Source: Pantanalinema sp. (GTDB lineage Bacteria; Cyanobacteriota; Sericytochromatia; S15B-MN24; UBA4093). From it: a stretch of 64,000 nt of DNA. Each line of letters begins with the position of its first letter. Position 1 is the stretch's first letter. The DNA is taken from assembly GCA_036704125.1 (NCBI GenBank), contig DATNQI010000069.1, positions 6,170 to 70,169 of the forward strand, read 5' to 3'. Positions 47,526 to 57,814 of this stretch are shown in pieces. The notes beneath the pieces are model-generated. The model ran no database searches. It had not been told where the DNA came from and worked only from the letters and a program-made list of their open reading frames with translations. Position numbers and translations under genes: made by a program.

Positions 47526-48842
47526 CTAGCGCTTGAGCGACATCAGCTCCTGGAGCACCTCGTCCGAGGTGGTGATGATCTTGGAGTTGGACTGCAGGCC
47601 GCGCTGCGCCACGATCATGTCGGCGAACGACGAGGCCAGGTCCACGTTCGAGTTCTCGAGCGAGCCGGGGGCGATGAGCCCGCGCGAGCCCGCGCCCGCG
47701 ACGCCCACCTGGGGCTCGCCCGAGTTGGGCGTCGCCGAGAAGAGGTTGTCGCCGTTGACCAGAAGACCGACGGGGTTGGTGAAGGTCGCGACCGACACCT
47801 GACCGAGGACGCGGGTGCGGCCGTTCGAGAAGACGCCCTGGATGGAGCCCGCGGCGTCCACCGCCACGCCCGTCAGCGAACCCGACGAGTAGCCGTCCTG
47901 GTCGGTCATGACCGCGGTGCTGTTGTAGAAGCTCTTCGACTCGTCGGTCCTGGGGTCGTTGTACTGGGTCATGGAGCTGGTGTCGCCGGGCTTGCCCAGG
48001 TTCAGCTTGATGTTGAGCTGGTCGAAGTCGCCGGCGTTGGCGGGGTCCAGGGTAAGGGTCGGCTGGTCGTAGCTCGCGAAGACGCCCTTGTTGTCGAAGG
48101 TCAGGGTGCCCAGGTCGTAGGAGGTGGCGCCCCCCTGGAAGGAGTCGGCCTTGTCCGGCACGAAGGCCACCGTCCAGGTGTTGGTCGCGGTCTTGGTGAA
48201 CTCCACGTTGCCCTTGTGGACGTTGCCCTTGGAGTCGAAGATCGTCACCGAGCTCTTGGCCTTGCTGTTGGGATCGGGATCGATCGGGGTCAGGGCCTCG
48301 AGGTTGGCGCCGATGCGGATGTTCTGGGTGGCCTGGGGGGTCAGGGTGACGCCGGCGGGCACCCTGAGGGTCTCGGGGGGGCGGGCGGTCTCGACCTTGT
48401 AGGTGCCATCCGGCTGCGAGGTGGCGTTCCAGCCCATGACCTTGAAGCCGTTCGAGATCTTGACCAGGTTGCCCTCGCGGTCGAAGTCGAAGGAGCCGTC
48501 GCGGGTGAAGACCTGCTGCTTGCCGTCGCTGACGACGAAGAAACCCTCGCCGCTGATGGCCATGTCGGTGCTCTTGCCGGTCGGATTGAGCGAGCCCTGG
48601 CCCATGAGGAGGTCGATGGAGCCCACCGTGACGCCGAGGCCCAGCTGGCTGGGGTTGGTTCCGCCCAAAGCGCCGCTGGGAGCCGAGCCGCCGCGCAGGG
48701 TCTGCAGGAACTGCTCCTGGAAGTTCACCCGCTGCGCCTTGTAGCCGATGGTGTTCACGTTGGCGATGTTGTTGCCGATGACATCCAAGCGGATCTGCTG
48801 GTTGCGCAGACCGGACACGCCGGAGTTGAGTGAACGAAGCAT
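47526..48842 (-). CDS. flgE: Flagellar hook protein FlgE
   Basis: N-terminus 'MLRSLNSGVSGLRNQQIRLDVIGNNIANVNTIGYK', C-terminus 'ENSNVDLASSFADMIVAQRGLQSNSKIITTSDEVLQELMSLKR'. Confidence 0.95.
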   Translation of the reverse strand: MLRSLNSGVSGLRNQQIRLDVIGNNIANVNTIGYKAQRVNFQEQFLQTLRGGSAPSGALGGTNPSQLGLGVTVGSIDLLMGQGSLNPTGKSTDMAISGEGFFVVSDGKQQVFTRDGSFDFDREGNLVKISNGFKVMGWNATSQPDGTYKVETARPPETLRVPAGVTLTPQATQNIRIGANLEALTPIDPDPNSKAKSSVTIFDSKGNVHKGNVEFTKTATNTWTVAFVPDKADSFQGGATSYDLGTLTFDNKGVFASYDQPTLTLDPANAGDFDQLNIKLNLGKPGDTSSMTQYNDPRTDESKSFYNSTAVMTDQDGYSSGSLTGVAVDAAGSIQGVFSNGRTRVLGQVSVATFTNPVGLLVNGDNLFSATPNSGEPQVGVAGAGSRGLIAPGSLENSNVDLASSFADMIVAQRGLQSNSKIITTSDEVLQELMSLKR

Positions 48843-48970
48843 CTGGACTCCTCCTTATGGGGTCACCGCGAGGCAATCGGGGAAAATTTCGGCCGCCAGG
48901 AAGGCGAAACCTTCCGACTAGTATTGGTATCGGCCACGCAAGCGAGACCTTTAGGGGCGGCTGTGGCCGC

Positions 48971-49399
48971 TTAGGCGATCTGCTCGATGTGCTGGATCTC
49001 GACCGGCACCAGGGCGCCGTCGGCCTCCCCGTCGGGCTTGACCATGAGCTTGATCGCGCCGTCCACGCGACGCGCCTCGACGACCTGGCCGGCGAAGTGG
49101 GCGTCGTCGGTGCGCACGGCCACCTTCTTGCCGATCAGGCCGGAGGCCTGGCTCAGCTGACCGAGCTCGGCCTGCTGGGAAAGGGTCTTGCTCAGGTTCT
49201 GCATCTCCTCGAGCGAGCTGAACTGCGCCATCTGGGCGATGAACTCCTTGTCCTCCATGGGGTTCATGGGGTCCTGGAAGCGCAGCTGGGTGACCAGCAG
49301 CTTGAGGAAGTCGTTCTTGCCGAGATCCGAGTTCTTCTTGGTGGTCGTCTGGACGGGGTTGTTGTTGCTGCTGCCCGAAACGGCTCCGGTCTCTGCCAT
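48971..49399 (-). CDS. flgD: Flagellar hook capping/assembly protein FlgD
   Basis: 'LGKNDFLKLLVTQLRFQDPMNPMEDKEFIAQMAQFSSLEEMQN' is the FlgD N-domain. Confidence 0.9.
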   Translation of the reverse strand: MAETGAVSGSSNNNPVQTTTKKNSDLGKNDFLKLLVTQLRFQDPMNPMEDKEFIAQMAQFSSLEEMQNLSKTLSQQAELGQLSQASGLIGKKVAVRTDDAHFAGQVVEARRVDGAIKLMVKPDGEADGALVPVEIQHIEQIA

Positions 49400-49427
49400 G
49401 GGGATTCGCCTCCTGAACTAAGGGCGT

Positions 49428-50906
49428 CTAAGCCTGGTAATCGATGCGCTCGGCGACGGCGGACGCTTCGCCCGCCGCCTCCTCCGGGGTCATTTCCGCG
49501 ACGGGCTCGCCCGCGTCGTCGAAGCCGAGGGAACGAGGGCGGCCGGACGCCTGCGCGTCCTGCTGCGACTGCTGCTGGGACTGCTGCTGGTAACCGCCCG
49601 AGAGATCGAAGCCCTGCTCGGGGCGACGCTGATCCTGCCCCACGCTGACCTCGAGGCGGTCGATCTTGATGCCCTGATCGGCGAGCGTCTGGCGCAGCTC
49701 GGCCATCTGGACCTGCATCATGTCGCGCGTCGCGCTCTGCTCGACCCGGATCGAGGCGCTGAGCGTGCCCTGGTGGGAGACGACGCGGATCTGCATCCGG
49801 CCGAGATGCTCGGGGCTGAGCTGCAGGCGCAGCTCGGTCGGCTTGCCGGGCTCGCGGGCCGCCTGCTCGAAGGAGGTCTTGAGGGCCTCGCGCATGGGCA
49901 TGGCCTCCGCGCGAGGGGCATCGCCATCGAGAACCCGCGCCTGGGGCACGGCGACCTCCGCCGCCTGAACGGGGTGGTGCAGCTCCCACGGCTGGACCGC
50001 AGCCTCCGGCGCGGGGCTCGCCTGAGCGCTCGCTGCGGGGCCGGCGGGGACGTTCTGCGTCTCGAGCGCCTTGGTCAAGGCCTCGGCCGCGACCGGCTTC
50101 GACTCGGTGGGGATCGGCGCCTGCGCCGTGGCGCGCGCCGCGGCCTCCTGGTGCTTGCGGTTCAGGGGGGCGTCGTGGGCCGTCAGGCTCATGGTCGCCT
50201 TGACGGTCTCGAGGGATTCGGGCACGTGCTGGCGCGCCACCGGGCTCACGGGAACCCTGGGCATCTGATCGCCGGCCGCCGGCTCCTCGCCCTCGGAGGC
50301 CTCCTCGGGCAACGCCTCGGCAGTAGGGGCATCGACGGCCTCCGAGACGGCCTGCGCGACAACGGTCGCCGCCGCGAGTGGGTTCAGGGCGGCCTCGGCG
50401 ACCTGGGGCTGGGCAGGCGTCACGGGAGCCGTCACGGGAGCCGTCACCGGAGCCGTCACGGGGGCCGTCACGGGAGCCGCCACGGGAGGCGCCGCGCCGA
50501 CGACGGCCGGGGCCTGGGCGAGCTGGACGGGAGGCACCGGCACCGCAGAGGTGACCTGCACCAAGCCCGGCAGCATGACCTGGGGGTCGTGCAGCGAGGG
50601 CTGGGCGGGGATGGTGGCCTCGACGCCGGGCTGAGCTGCCTGGTCGGCAGCGGGCGGCTGCGCGACGGTCTCGTCGGGCTTCGCCGCATCGCGGCTCGAA
50701 CCCTCGCTCGAGGGCTCCGCCTCGGCGCGCTCGGGCCTGCGCTCTGCGCGCTCGGGCCTGCGCTCGGCGCTCCGGGCCGGCTCCTGCCGGCGGGCGCTGC
50801 GGTCCATGGCATTGGCGAAGCCGTCGCGGGGCGAGGCGGAAGCCCCGGCCTTGGTGCGGACGGGAGCCGTCTCGGCGCCCGGGAAGATCTGGATGGGTTG
50901 AGTCAA
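49428..50906 (-). CDS. fliK: Flagellar hook-length control protein FliK (canonical position between fliJ and flgD)
   Basis: C-terminal Flg_hook domain 'PTELRLQLSPEHLGRMQIRVVSHQGTLSASIRVEQSATRDMMQVQMAELRQTLADQGIKIDRLEVSVG', Ala/Pro/Gln-rich ruler region with (APVT)n. Confidence 0.8.
   Translation of the reverse strand: MTQPIQIFPGAETAPVRTKAGASASPRDGFANAMDRSARRQEPARSAERRPERAERRPERAEAEPSSEGSSRDAAKPDETVAQPPAADQAAQPGVEATIPAQPSLHDPQVMLPGLVQVTSAVPVPPVQLAQAPAVVGAAPPVAAPVTAPVTAPVTAPVTAPVTPAQPQVAEAALNPLAAATVVAQAVSEAVDAPTAEALPEEASEGEEPAAGDQMPRVPVSPVARQHVPESLETVKATMSLTAHDAPLNRKHQEAAARATAQAPIPTESKPVAAEALTKALETQNVPAGPAASAQASPAPEAAVQPWELHHPVQAAEVAVPQARVLDGDAPRAEAMPMREALKTSFEQAAREPGKPTELRLQLSPEHLGRMQIRVVSHQGTLSASIRVEQSATRDMMQVQMAELRQTLADQGIKIDRLEVSVGQDQRRPEQGFDLSGGYQQQSQQQSQQDAQASGRPRSLGFDDAGEPVAEMTPEEAAGEASAVAERIDYQA
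50417..50488 (-). repeat. In-frame 12-bp tandem repeat (gtcacgggagcc, x5-6) encoding (APVT)n in the FliK ruler
   Basis: Directly visible tandem copies gtcacgggagccgtcacgggagccgtcaccggagccgtcacgggggccgtcacgggagcc. Confidence 0.8.
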
Positions 50907-50933
50907 GGGGGAATCCTCCTCGTCGCAGGGGCC

Positions 50934-51431
50934 CTACTTCTCCCCTTCTTCCATCATCGGCGGCGGTGAAGGAAAGTTGAGGGCATTCGTCCGCGCGAAT
51001 CGGATCGTCGCGAGCTCGTCGATGAAGCGGGCCTCGGCCCGGTCGAGCCCGCGCTGGTGCTCGGCCTTGGCGCTCGCCTTGAGCTTCTCGAGCACCTGGA
51101 CCTTCTGGGCGGCCTCCATCAGCTCGGCGCGCGCCGCCTCGGCCTCGCGCTCGGCCTGGGCGATCGCCCCGAGCTGCCGATGCGCCTGGTCGATCAGGTG
51201 GCCCAGGTGGTCGTGGCCGAACTGCATGGCCTGGAGGTCGAGGCGGCCCGAGGCCTGCATGGCGAGGATCTCCTGGCGCGCGCGGCCCTGCGCCTCGACG
51301 AGCCCGGCGTGGCGATCGCGCTCGGCGACGACCTTGGCCTGCGCCTCGCCCAAAAGCTGCGCCCTCTGGTCCTGCACCCGCACCGCTAGATCCAGCACGG
51401 TCTGGAGGCGGAACTTGAACCCGCTCGCCAT
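50934..51431 (-). CDS. fliJ: Flagellar export chaperone/stalk protein FliJ
   Basis: 'FKFRLQTVLDL...' coiled-coil ~150-aa protein directly after fliI. Confidence 0.8.
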   Translation of the reverse strand: MASGFKFRLQTVLDLAVRVQDQRAQLLGEAQAKVVAERDRHAGLVEAQGRARQEILAMQASGRLDLQAMQFGHDHLGHLIDQAHRQLGAIAQAEREAEAARAELMEAAQKVQVLEKLKASAKAEHQRGLDRAEARFIDELATIRFARTNALNFPSPPPMMEEGEK

Positions 51432-51440
51432 GGACCGGGC

Positions 51441-52754
51441 CTATTCCCCGAACAGGCCCTGGAGGGCCGCGACCGTCTCGTCCATGACCATGGGCTCGTT
51501 CACCCCCTGCCTCAGGAAGAAGTTGACCGCCTCGATCCGGGCGATCGCCCGGTCGATGGAGGGGTTGGATCCCGCGGCGTAGGCCCCGATGTTGATCAGG
51601 TCCCGCGCCTCTCGGTAGGTCGCGAGCGTCTCGCGCAGGGCCCCTGCGGCCCGCACGTGCTCTAGCGGGACGATCTCGGTCATGACGCGCGAGACCGACG
51701 ACAGCACGTCGATGGCCGGGTAGTGGTTCTGCGCGGCGAGATCGCGCGAGAGCACCACGTGCCCGTCCAGGATGCCTCGCACCGTGTCGGCGATGGGCTC
51801 GTTGGTGTCGTCGCCCTCGACCAGCACGGTGTAGAGGGCGGTGATGGCCCCCACCTCGGAGGTACCCGAGCGCTCCAGGAGGCGCGGCAACAGGGCGAAG
51901 ACCGAGGGGGTGTAGCCCTTGGTCGCGGGCGGCTCGCCGACGGCGAGGCCCACCTCGCGCTGGGCCATGGCGAAGCGCGTCACCGAGTCCATCATCATGA
52001 TCACGTTGGCGCCCTGGTCGCGGAAGTACTCGGCGATCGCGGTCGCGACGAACGCCCCCTTGAGGCGCTGCAGAGCGGGCTGGTCCGAGGTCGCGACCAC
52101 CACCACCGAGCGCGCGAGGCCCTCCGGCCCCAGGTCGCGCTCCAGGAACTCCCGCACCTCGCGACCTCGCTCGCCGATCAAGGCGATCACGTTGAGGTCC
52201 GCATGGGCTGAGCGCGCGATCATGCCGAGCAGGGTCGACTTGCCGACCCCCGAGCCCGCAAAGATGCCGATGCGCTGCCCCTCGCCGCAGGTGAGCAGGC
52301 CGTCCATGGCGCGCACGCCCAAGGGCAGCGGCTTGTGGATTCGCTGGCGGGTCAGGGGGTTGGGGGGCGGGGCCTCGAGCGGGGCGCGGTGGGTGGCCAG
52401 GAGGGGGCCCTTGCGGTCGATGGGGTTGCCGAGGCCGTCGAGGACCCGCCCCAGGAGGTGGGGCCCGACCCGGACCCCCAGCGTCTGGCCGGTGGCGGCC
52501 ACCGGGCTGCCCGGCTTGACCCCCTCCATGAGGCCGAGCGGCATCAGGAGGACCCGGTCGTCCCTGAAACCGACCACCTCGGCCATCAGGGGGGGGCGGT
52601 TCGAACCGAGGGAGATGCGGCACAGCTCGCCGAGGCTCGCCCGGGGCCCGAAGCTCTCGATCACCAGGCCGATCACCTGGGCGACCTTGCCCTCGACCCG
52701 GATGGGGTCGGCACCTTCCACGCGCGAGAGGGCCGCCGCCAAGAGGTCGCCCAT
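51441..52754 (-). CDS. fliI: Flagellum-specific ATP synthase FliI
   Basis: Start at ATG ([14 protein letters not shown]) overlapping the fliH stop (TGATG). Walker A '[11 protein letters not shown]', Walker B '[12 protein letters not shown]'. The 698-aa track ORF is an artefactual 5' extension. Confidence 0.95.
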   Translation of the reverse strand: MGDLLAAALSRVEGADPIRVEGKVAQVIGLVIESFGPRASLGELCRISLGSNRPPLMAEVVGFRDDRVLLMPLGLMEGVKPGSPVAATGQTLGVRVGPHLLGRVLDGLGNPIDRKGPLLATHRAPLEAPPPNPLTRQRIHKPLPLGVRAMDGLLTCGEGQRIGIFAGSGVGKSTLLGMIARSAHADLNVIALIGERGREVREFLERDLGPEGLARSVVVVATSDQPALQRLKGAFVATAIAEYFRDQGANVIMMMDSVTRFAMAQREVGLAVGEPPATKGYTPSVFALLPRLLERSGTSEVGAITALYTVLVEGDDTNEPIADTVRGILDGHVVLSRDLAAQNHYPAIDVLSSVSRVMTEIVPLEHVRAAGALRETLATYREARDLINIGAYAAGSNPSIDRAIARIEAVNFFLRQGVNEPMVMDETVAALQGLFGE

Positions 52755-53587
52755 CAGCGCCCGAAGCCCTGGGGCGAGAAGCCCCCGCCCCCGAAGGGAC
52801 TCGCCTTGCCGCTCTTGGCGGGAGGCGCAGGGGGCGCCTTGCGCAGGTCCTGGAAGGTACCGGACAGGCTCGGCTCGGCCTCGGGCTCCGCGTCGAGCAC
52901 CGCGCGGGCGAGCTCCTCGAACTGGGTCGCGAACGTCGCGTCGACGCGACCGGTCTTGGTCTCGACCACGCAGCCGCCGGCCCCGACCAGGGGATCGGCG
53001 ACGACCTCGAATTTGGGCGCCGGCTGCGGCTTGCTCGCACCGAACGGGCTGGGCGGGGGGGGACCCAGGTGCCCCGCGTCCTGGGGGTTGAGGCGCACGC
53101 GCACGACGGCCTCGCCGGCCACCTTGGCCACGGCCGCGTCCACCAGGCCCTTGACCAGGGCCGCATCGCGCGGCTCCTTCAGGAGGACCTTCGAGGCGAC
53201 GATGAGGCCCAGCCGCATCAGATCGGGCTCCAGCTCGCCGAGCCTCGCCTCGCGCTCGGCGTTGAAGGCCTCGGCGGCGGCGCGCACGGCCTCGATGCCC
53301 TGCTGCCAGGCGGCGAGGCCTTCCTGGAACCCGTCGTCGCGGCCCTGGGCCAGGCCGTCCTCGTAGGCCGCGCGGGTCACGCGCTCGATGAGGTCGTTGG
53401 CCTCGGCCTCGGCAGCTGCGAGCAGGGCCTGGGCCCGGCGCTCGGCCTCGGCCAGGAGCTCGGCGGGATCGATCGCAGGAGCCGCCTCGACGTCCTCGGC
53501 CGGGACGTTCTCGGGCTCGGGGACGCTGACGACCCACTTCCCGTCGATCCAGCGGGTCTGATCGCGCTTGATGATCTTGCCGCTCAT
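52754..53587 (-). CDS. fliH: Flagellar assembly protein FliH
   Basis: Coiled-coil Ala/Glu-rich N-domain, '[12 protein letters not shown]' C-domain, positioned between fliG and fliI. Confidence 0.85.
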   Translation of the reverse strand: MSGKIIKRDQTRWIDGKWVVSVPEPENVPAEDVEAAPAIDPAELLAEAERRAQALLAAAEAEANDLIERVTRAAYEDGLAQGRDDGFQEGLAAWQQGIEAVRAAAEAFNAEREARLGELEPDLMRLGLIVASKVLLKEPRDAALVKGLVDAAVAKVAGEAVVRVRLNPQDAGHLGPPPPSPFGASKPQPAPKFEVVADPLVGAGGCVVETKTGRVDATFATQFEELARAVLDAEPEAEPSLSGTFQDLRKAPPAPPAKSGKASPFGGGGFSPQGFGR

Positions 53588-53600
53588 GACGCTCGCCGCC

Positions 53601-54614
53601 TCAGCTCAGCAGCTCGTCGCCGCCGCCGCGCGAGACGATGATCTCGCCGCGCTCCTCGAGCGCGCGGATGATCGAGACGATCTTTTGCTGGACCTCTTCC
53701 ACGTCGCGCACGCGCACCGGGCCCATGAAGTCCAGCTCGTCGCGGACGATCTTGCCCATTCGCTCGGACATGTTCTTGAAGACCTTGGCCCGGACCTCCT
53801 CGTTGGAGCCCTTGAGGGCGAGCGAGAGCTCCTTGGTGTCCACCTCGCGCAGGATGCGCTGGATCGAGCGATCGTCGAGGATGACGATGTCCTCGAAGAC
53901 GAACATGAGCTTCTTGATCTCCTCGGCGAGATCCGGGTTCTGCTCTTCGAGCGACTCGAGGATGGTCTTCTCGGTGCCACGGTCGACCGAGTTGAGCATG
54001 GAGACCAGGGCCTTGATGCCGCCCGCGTTGGTGAAGTCCTGGCTCATGACCGCCGAGAACTTGCGCTCGAGCACCTTCTCGACCTCGCGCAGGACCGCGG
54101 GGGTGGTGCGGTCCATCTGCGCGATGCGGGTCGCCACGTCGGTCTGGAGGTCGCTGGGAAGACCCGAGACGACAAGCGCCGCCTGCTCCGGCTTCATGTA
54201 GGCCAGGATGAGGGCGATGGTCTGGGGGTGCTCGTTCTGGATGAAGTTGAGGATCTGCATGGGATCCGCCTGGCGGATGAACTCGAACGGCAGGGCCGTC
54301 AGGCTCTCCGAGAGGCGGTGCAGGATCTCCTCGGCCTTGTCGGCGCCGAGGGCCTTGGTCAGGAGCTCGCGGGCGTAGCCCACGCCGCCGGTGCTGATGT
54401 ACTGGTTGGCCTGGAGGACGTGGTAGAACTCCTCGAGGATGCCCTCGGTGTCCTCGGGCGGCAGCTTGCCCAGGTTCGCGACCTCGAGGGTGAGGGTCTC
54501 GATGTCCTCGTTGTTGCCCAGGTACTTGAGGATCTGGCTCGACGTCTCGGGGCCGAGCGCCACCAGGAGCGCGGCCGCCTTCTGCTTGCCGGATAGGTGT
54601 TGCTGCCGTGCCAT
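53601..54614 (-). CDS. fliG: Flagellar motor switch protein FliG
   Basis: 'LSGKQKAAALLVALGPETSSQILKYL', torque helix 'DRSIQRILREVDTKELSLALKGSNEEVRAKVFKNMSERMGKIVRDEL'. Confidence 0.95.
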   Translation of the reverse strand: MARQQHLSGKQKAAALLVALGPETSSQILKYLGNNEDIETLTLEVANLGKLPPEDTEGILEEFYHVLQANQYISTGGVGYARELLTKALGADKAEEILHRLSESLTALPFEFIRQADPMQILNFIQNEHPQTIALILAYMKPEQAALVVSGLPSDLQTDVATRIAQMDRTTPAVLREVEKVLERKFSAVMSQDFTNAGGIKALVSMLNSVDRGTEKTILESLEEQNPDLAEEIKKLMFVFEDIVILDDRSIQRILREVDTKELSLALKGSNEEVRAKVFKNMSERMGKIVRDELDFMGPVRVRDVEEVQQKIVSIIRALEERGEIIVSRGGGDELLS

Positions 54615-54615
54615 G

Positions 54616-56220
54616 TTACTCGTCCTCGAGCATCCAGGATTTCAGCAGCTTGGCCACGTCCGAGGGCTGCTGCTTGACCACCTTGGTGATCTCCTTCTGG
54701 AGGTGCGTCTTGCGGTCGTCCTCGCCGATGGTGCCGATCGAGGCGGGCTGGGAGAGCCGGGCGTCCACGTCGAAGCCTTCCAGGGTAAGCGGGGTCTCGT
54801 CGAAGCTCTCGGCGCGAGCGGCGAGGCCGCGGCGCAAGAGGAAGAGCGCCGCGATGCCGATCAGCACGCCCACCAGGATCTTGAGGTAGCTCTGGACCGT
54901 CTCCTGCTGCTTGGCCTTGGCGAGCTCCATCTCCTCGGCCTTCTGGACCGTGTCGTTGAACTTCTGGGCCGTCACGACGACCGTGTCGCCGCGCACCGCG
55001 TCGCTGCCCGCCGCGGCCGAGACCATCTGCTTGAGGTCCGCCAGCTGCTGGGGGTCCAGCTCGCCGTTGACGGCGACCGCCACCGAGAGGCGCTTGATCT
55101 CGGCCGGCGCCTTGATCTTGCGGGTCACGTTCTTGTTGACCTCGTAGTTGCGGACCAGGTCGCTCTTGTTGTAGGCGCCGGGCACGCCCGCGGACTCGGA
55201 GGCCGGGTAGGTGGGCAGGCTCGCGTTGGCGCCGCCGTTGATGTTGGAGGTGACGCCCGGGATCCCGCCGCTGGGCGCACCCGCCCCGTTGTAGCTCTCG
55301 CGCAGCTCCTTGGTCGAGCGCAGGATGCCGGTCTGGCTGCCATCCTGGTTGCGGACCACGGGCTGGTAGGTCTCCTCGTTGGTCTCGACCTGGCTGAAGT
55401 CCAGGTCCGCCGCCACCGTCACCACCGAGTTGTTGGGACCGAGCACCCGATCGAGGGTCGCCTGGAGGTTCTTGCGCAGGCCGCTCTCGACCTGCTTCTT
55501 GACCTCCATCTGGGACATGGTCAGCTCGGGAGACGCCATGCCGTCCTCGCCGGGGCCCACCTCGTCCGAGTAGTTCCGGCCGTCCACGTCGGTGATGACC
55601 ACGTTGGCGACCTTGAGGCCCTCGACGCTCTTGGCCACCAGGTACGCGACGGTCTTGACCTGCTCGCCCTTCAGCTTGGCGCCCGGCCTGAGCTTGACCA
55701 CCACCGCGGCCGAGGGCTCCTCGGCACTGTCCGAGAAGAGGTCCTTCTCGGGGATGACCAGGTGGACCCGGGCGGTCTCGATGCCGTCCAGCGACTGGAT
55801 GGTGCGCACCAGCTCCCCTTGCAGGGCGCGCTGGTAGTTGAGCTTCTGGAGGGCATCGGTCATGCCGAACTGGTTCTTGTCGAAGAGCTCGAAGCCCACG
55901 GTGCCGCCCTGGGGCAGGCCCTTGGCCGCCATCTCGAGGCGCAGCTCGTGGACCTTGGACTTGGGCACCATGATCGCGGAGCCCGTGACCTGGTAGGGGA
56001 CCTTGGCCTCCTTGAGCTTCTCGATCACCTGGCCGGCGTCCTGCTCCTCCATGTTGGTGAAGAGGGGCGACCACTCCGGCGTCTGGGCCCAGAGCACCAG
56101 CATGACGATGGCCACCACGCTCGCGGCGGCGACCGCCCCGAAGACGATCCGCTGGACCTGCGTCAAGCTGGTCCAGATGCGGGTGATGTCTTGCTTTAGC
56201 TGCTTGATGAAGTCGTTCAT
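54616..56220 (-). CDS. fliF: Flagellar MS-ring protein FliF
   Basis: 534 aa, N-terminal TM 'IVFGAVAAASVVAIVMLVLWA', YscJ/FliF domains, C-terminal TM. Confidence 0.95.
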   Translation of the reverse strand: MNDFIKQLKQDITRIWTSLTQVQRIVFGAVAAASVVAIVMLVLWAQTPEWSPLFTNMEEQDAGQVIEKLKEAKVPYQVTGSAIMVPKSKVHELRLEMAAKGLPQGGTVGFELFDKNQFGMTDALQKLNYQRALQGELVRTIQSLDGIETARVHLVIPEKDLFSDSAEEPSAAVVVKLRPGAKLKGEQVKTVAYLVAKSVEGLKVANVVITDVDGRNYSDEVGPGEDGMASPELTMSQMEVKKQVESGLRKNLQATLDRVLGPNNSVVTVAADLDFSQVETNEETYQPVVRNQDGSQTGILRSTKELRESYNGAGAPSGGIPGVTSNINGGANASLPTYPASESAGVPGAYNKSDLVRNYEVNKNVTRKIKAPAEIKRLSVAVAVNGELDPQQLADLKQMVSAAAGSDAVRGDTVVVTAQKFNDTVQKAEEMELAKAKQQETVQSYLKILVGVLIGIAALFLLRRGLAARAESFDETPLTLEGFDVDARLSQPASIGTIGEDDRKTHLQKEITKVVKQQPSDVAKLLKSWMLEDE

Positions 56221-56228
56221 TTAGGGGA

Positions 56229-56675
56229 CTAGACGGACATCCGCATGATTTCTTGGTAGGCGTCGAGGAGCTTGTTGCGCAGCTGCATGGTCAACTCGAC
56301 CGAGATCCCGGCCTTCTCGGCCGCGATCATCACGTCGTGCAGCTCCACGTCCCCTCCCGTCGCAAGCTCGTTCTTCAGGGAGTCGGCATGGATCTGCTCC
56401 GCGTTGACGCTCTCCAGGAAGGCCCCGAGGGGCTTGCCGAGCTCGGAGATCGCCGTGGGGGCCGCGGGCTGCGCCGGCGCCACCGGAGCGGCGAACAGGG
56501 ACTTGGCCGGCTTCTCGACCGGGGCCATGGGCAGCTCGGCCCGCTTGCGCTGGGCCTCGTCGAACATGCTGCCGAAGTCGGCGCCGGGTGCCGCCTGAGG
56601 CTGACCCAGCTTTGGGAAGGGCAGACCGAGACCCGGAGCCCCGGGAATGGGAATGAAAGGAGGAAGCCCAGCCAT
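56229..56675 (-). CDS. fliE: Flagellar hook-basal body protein FliE
   Basis: C-terminus 'DVELHDVMIAAEKAGISVELTMQLRNKLLDAYQEIMRMSV'. Start chosen at internal M (MAGLPP) to avoid overlapping flgC; the track ORF starts at 56708. Confidence 0.8.
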   Translation of the reverse strand: MAGLPPFIPIPGAPGLGLPFPKLGQPQAAPGADFGSMFDEAQRKRAELPMAPVEKPAKSLFAAPVAPAQPAAPTAISELGKPLGAFLESVNAEQIHADSLKNELATGGDVELHDVMIAAEKAGISVELTMQLRNKLLDAYQEIMRMSV

Positions 56676-56679
56676 GCGC

Positions 56680-57084
56680 CTAGATCTCCAGGGCCTTGTT
56701 GGCAGCACCCTTGAGGGCCTGCACGACGGTGACGTTTGCCTCGTAAGAGCGGGTCGCCGAGATCATGTCGGTCATCTCGGCGACGGGATTGACGTTCGGG
56801 AACGCCACGTAGCCCTGCTGGTTGGCGTCGGGGTGGCCGGGGTCGTAGACCAGCCGGAAAGGGGCCTGGTCCTCGACGATTCCCGCCACGTGGACGCCGG
56901 TGCCCGGGAGACCCGGGCGGTTGGAGGGCTTGGCCTCGAAGACGACCATCTCGCGGCGGAAGGGGGTACCCTTGTCGGTTCGGGTCGTGTTGGCGTTGGC
57001 GAGGTTGCTCGCGATGGTGTCCATCCGCAGGCGCTGGGCCGTCAAGGCGCTGCCGCTGACGTTGAGGGCGTCGAAGGTGCTCAT
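56680..57084 (-). CDS. flgC: Flagellar basal-body rod protein FlgC
   Basis: 'MSTFDALNVSGSALTAQRLRMDTIASNLANANTTRT...AFPNVNPVAEMTDMISATRSYEANV'. Confidence 0.95.
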   Translation of the reverse strand: MSTFDALNVSGSALTAQRLRMDTIASNLANANTTRTDKGTPFRREMVVFEAKPSNRPGLPGTGVHVAGIVEDQAPFRLVYDPGHPDANQQGYVAFPNVNPVAEMTDMISATRSYEANVTVVQALKGAANKALEI

Positions 57085-57100
57085 GGGTCCTCCTCGGGGC

Positions 57101-57577
57101 CTAGTTGCCGCGGATGATCGAGTGCAGCCCGGTCATCTTGCGCTTCATCAGGTCGGCAATGGCGTTGTAGGTGACGTTGGCCTGCGCCAGGCGCGTCATC
57201 TCCGCGTCGATGTCGACGTTGTTGCCGTCGTTGCGCATGGTCACCTCGCTGGATCGCGAGACCGTGGCCTGGAAGTCGTCGAGGCTCTGGGGACCATCCA
57301 CCCGGTAGTGCCCCGGGTGCGTGGCCGCCATCGGGACCGAGAAGGCGTCGGGCCGCGAAACGGTCCTGGCGAGCGCCCCCTCGAAGGCGACCTCGAAGCG
57401 CTTGTAGTGGGGGGTGTCGGCGTTGGCGACGTTCTCGGCGATCGCCTTCTGACGCATGGAGAGGCCGTCCAGCGCACTGGCCATCACCTCTGCGTTCTTG
57501 CCGAACAGCTTGTCCAACACGGAGCGAACCTCCCCGGCCCAAGGCCGGCCTTCTCGAGCACCCGACGCACCGTCCAT
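57101..57577 (-). CDS. flgB: Flagellar basal-body rod protein FlgB (start may be internal)
   Basis: 'LDGLSMRQKAIAENVANADTPHYK...DAEMTRLAQANVTYNAIADLM'. First gene of the operon, with a ~240-bp upstream intergenic region. Confidence 0.9.
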   Translation of the reverse strand: MDGASGAREGRPWAGEVRSVLDKLFGKNAEVMASALDGLSMRQKAIAENVANADTPHYKRFEVAFEGALARTVSRPDAFSVPMAATHPGHYRVDGPQSLDDFQATVSRSSEVTMRNDGNNVDIDAEMTRLAQANVTYNAIADLMKRKMTGLHSIIRGN

Positions 57578-57814
57578 GGCGCCGCGCCTCGCTTTGAATC
57601 ATGCAAGCCCGCCCTGGCTCGCGTCCGCTAAGGGCTACATACCCGCGAGCAGCCTCTCCCGAAACCGGAAACTCACGCTAGCTTCACGCATCATAGCAGA
57701 AACCGCGCCGGATCGTTGTGACGGCCGGCCAATTTCCCCCACCTTTGAGAGTAGCAGGTGAGAGGCGGTCATGCGAGGGGCCAAACGGCCCACGTGCACC
57801 GGATTTCGAAAAAT

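Noticed and set aside
51441-53537. 698-aa ORF spanning fliI and fliH
   Set aside because: N-terminal 260 residues are Arg/Gly-rich nonsense overlapping fliH in another frame. FliI begins at the ATG overlapping the fliH stop (52754).
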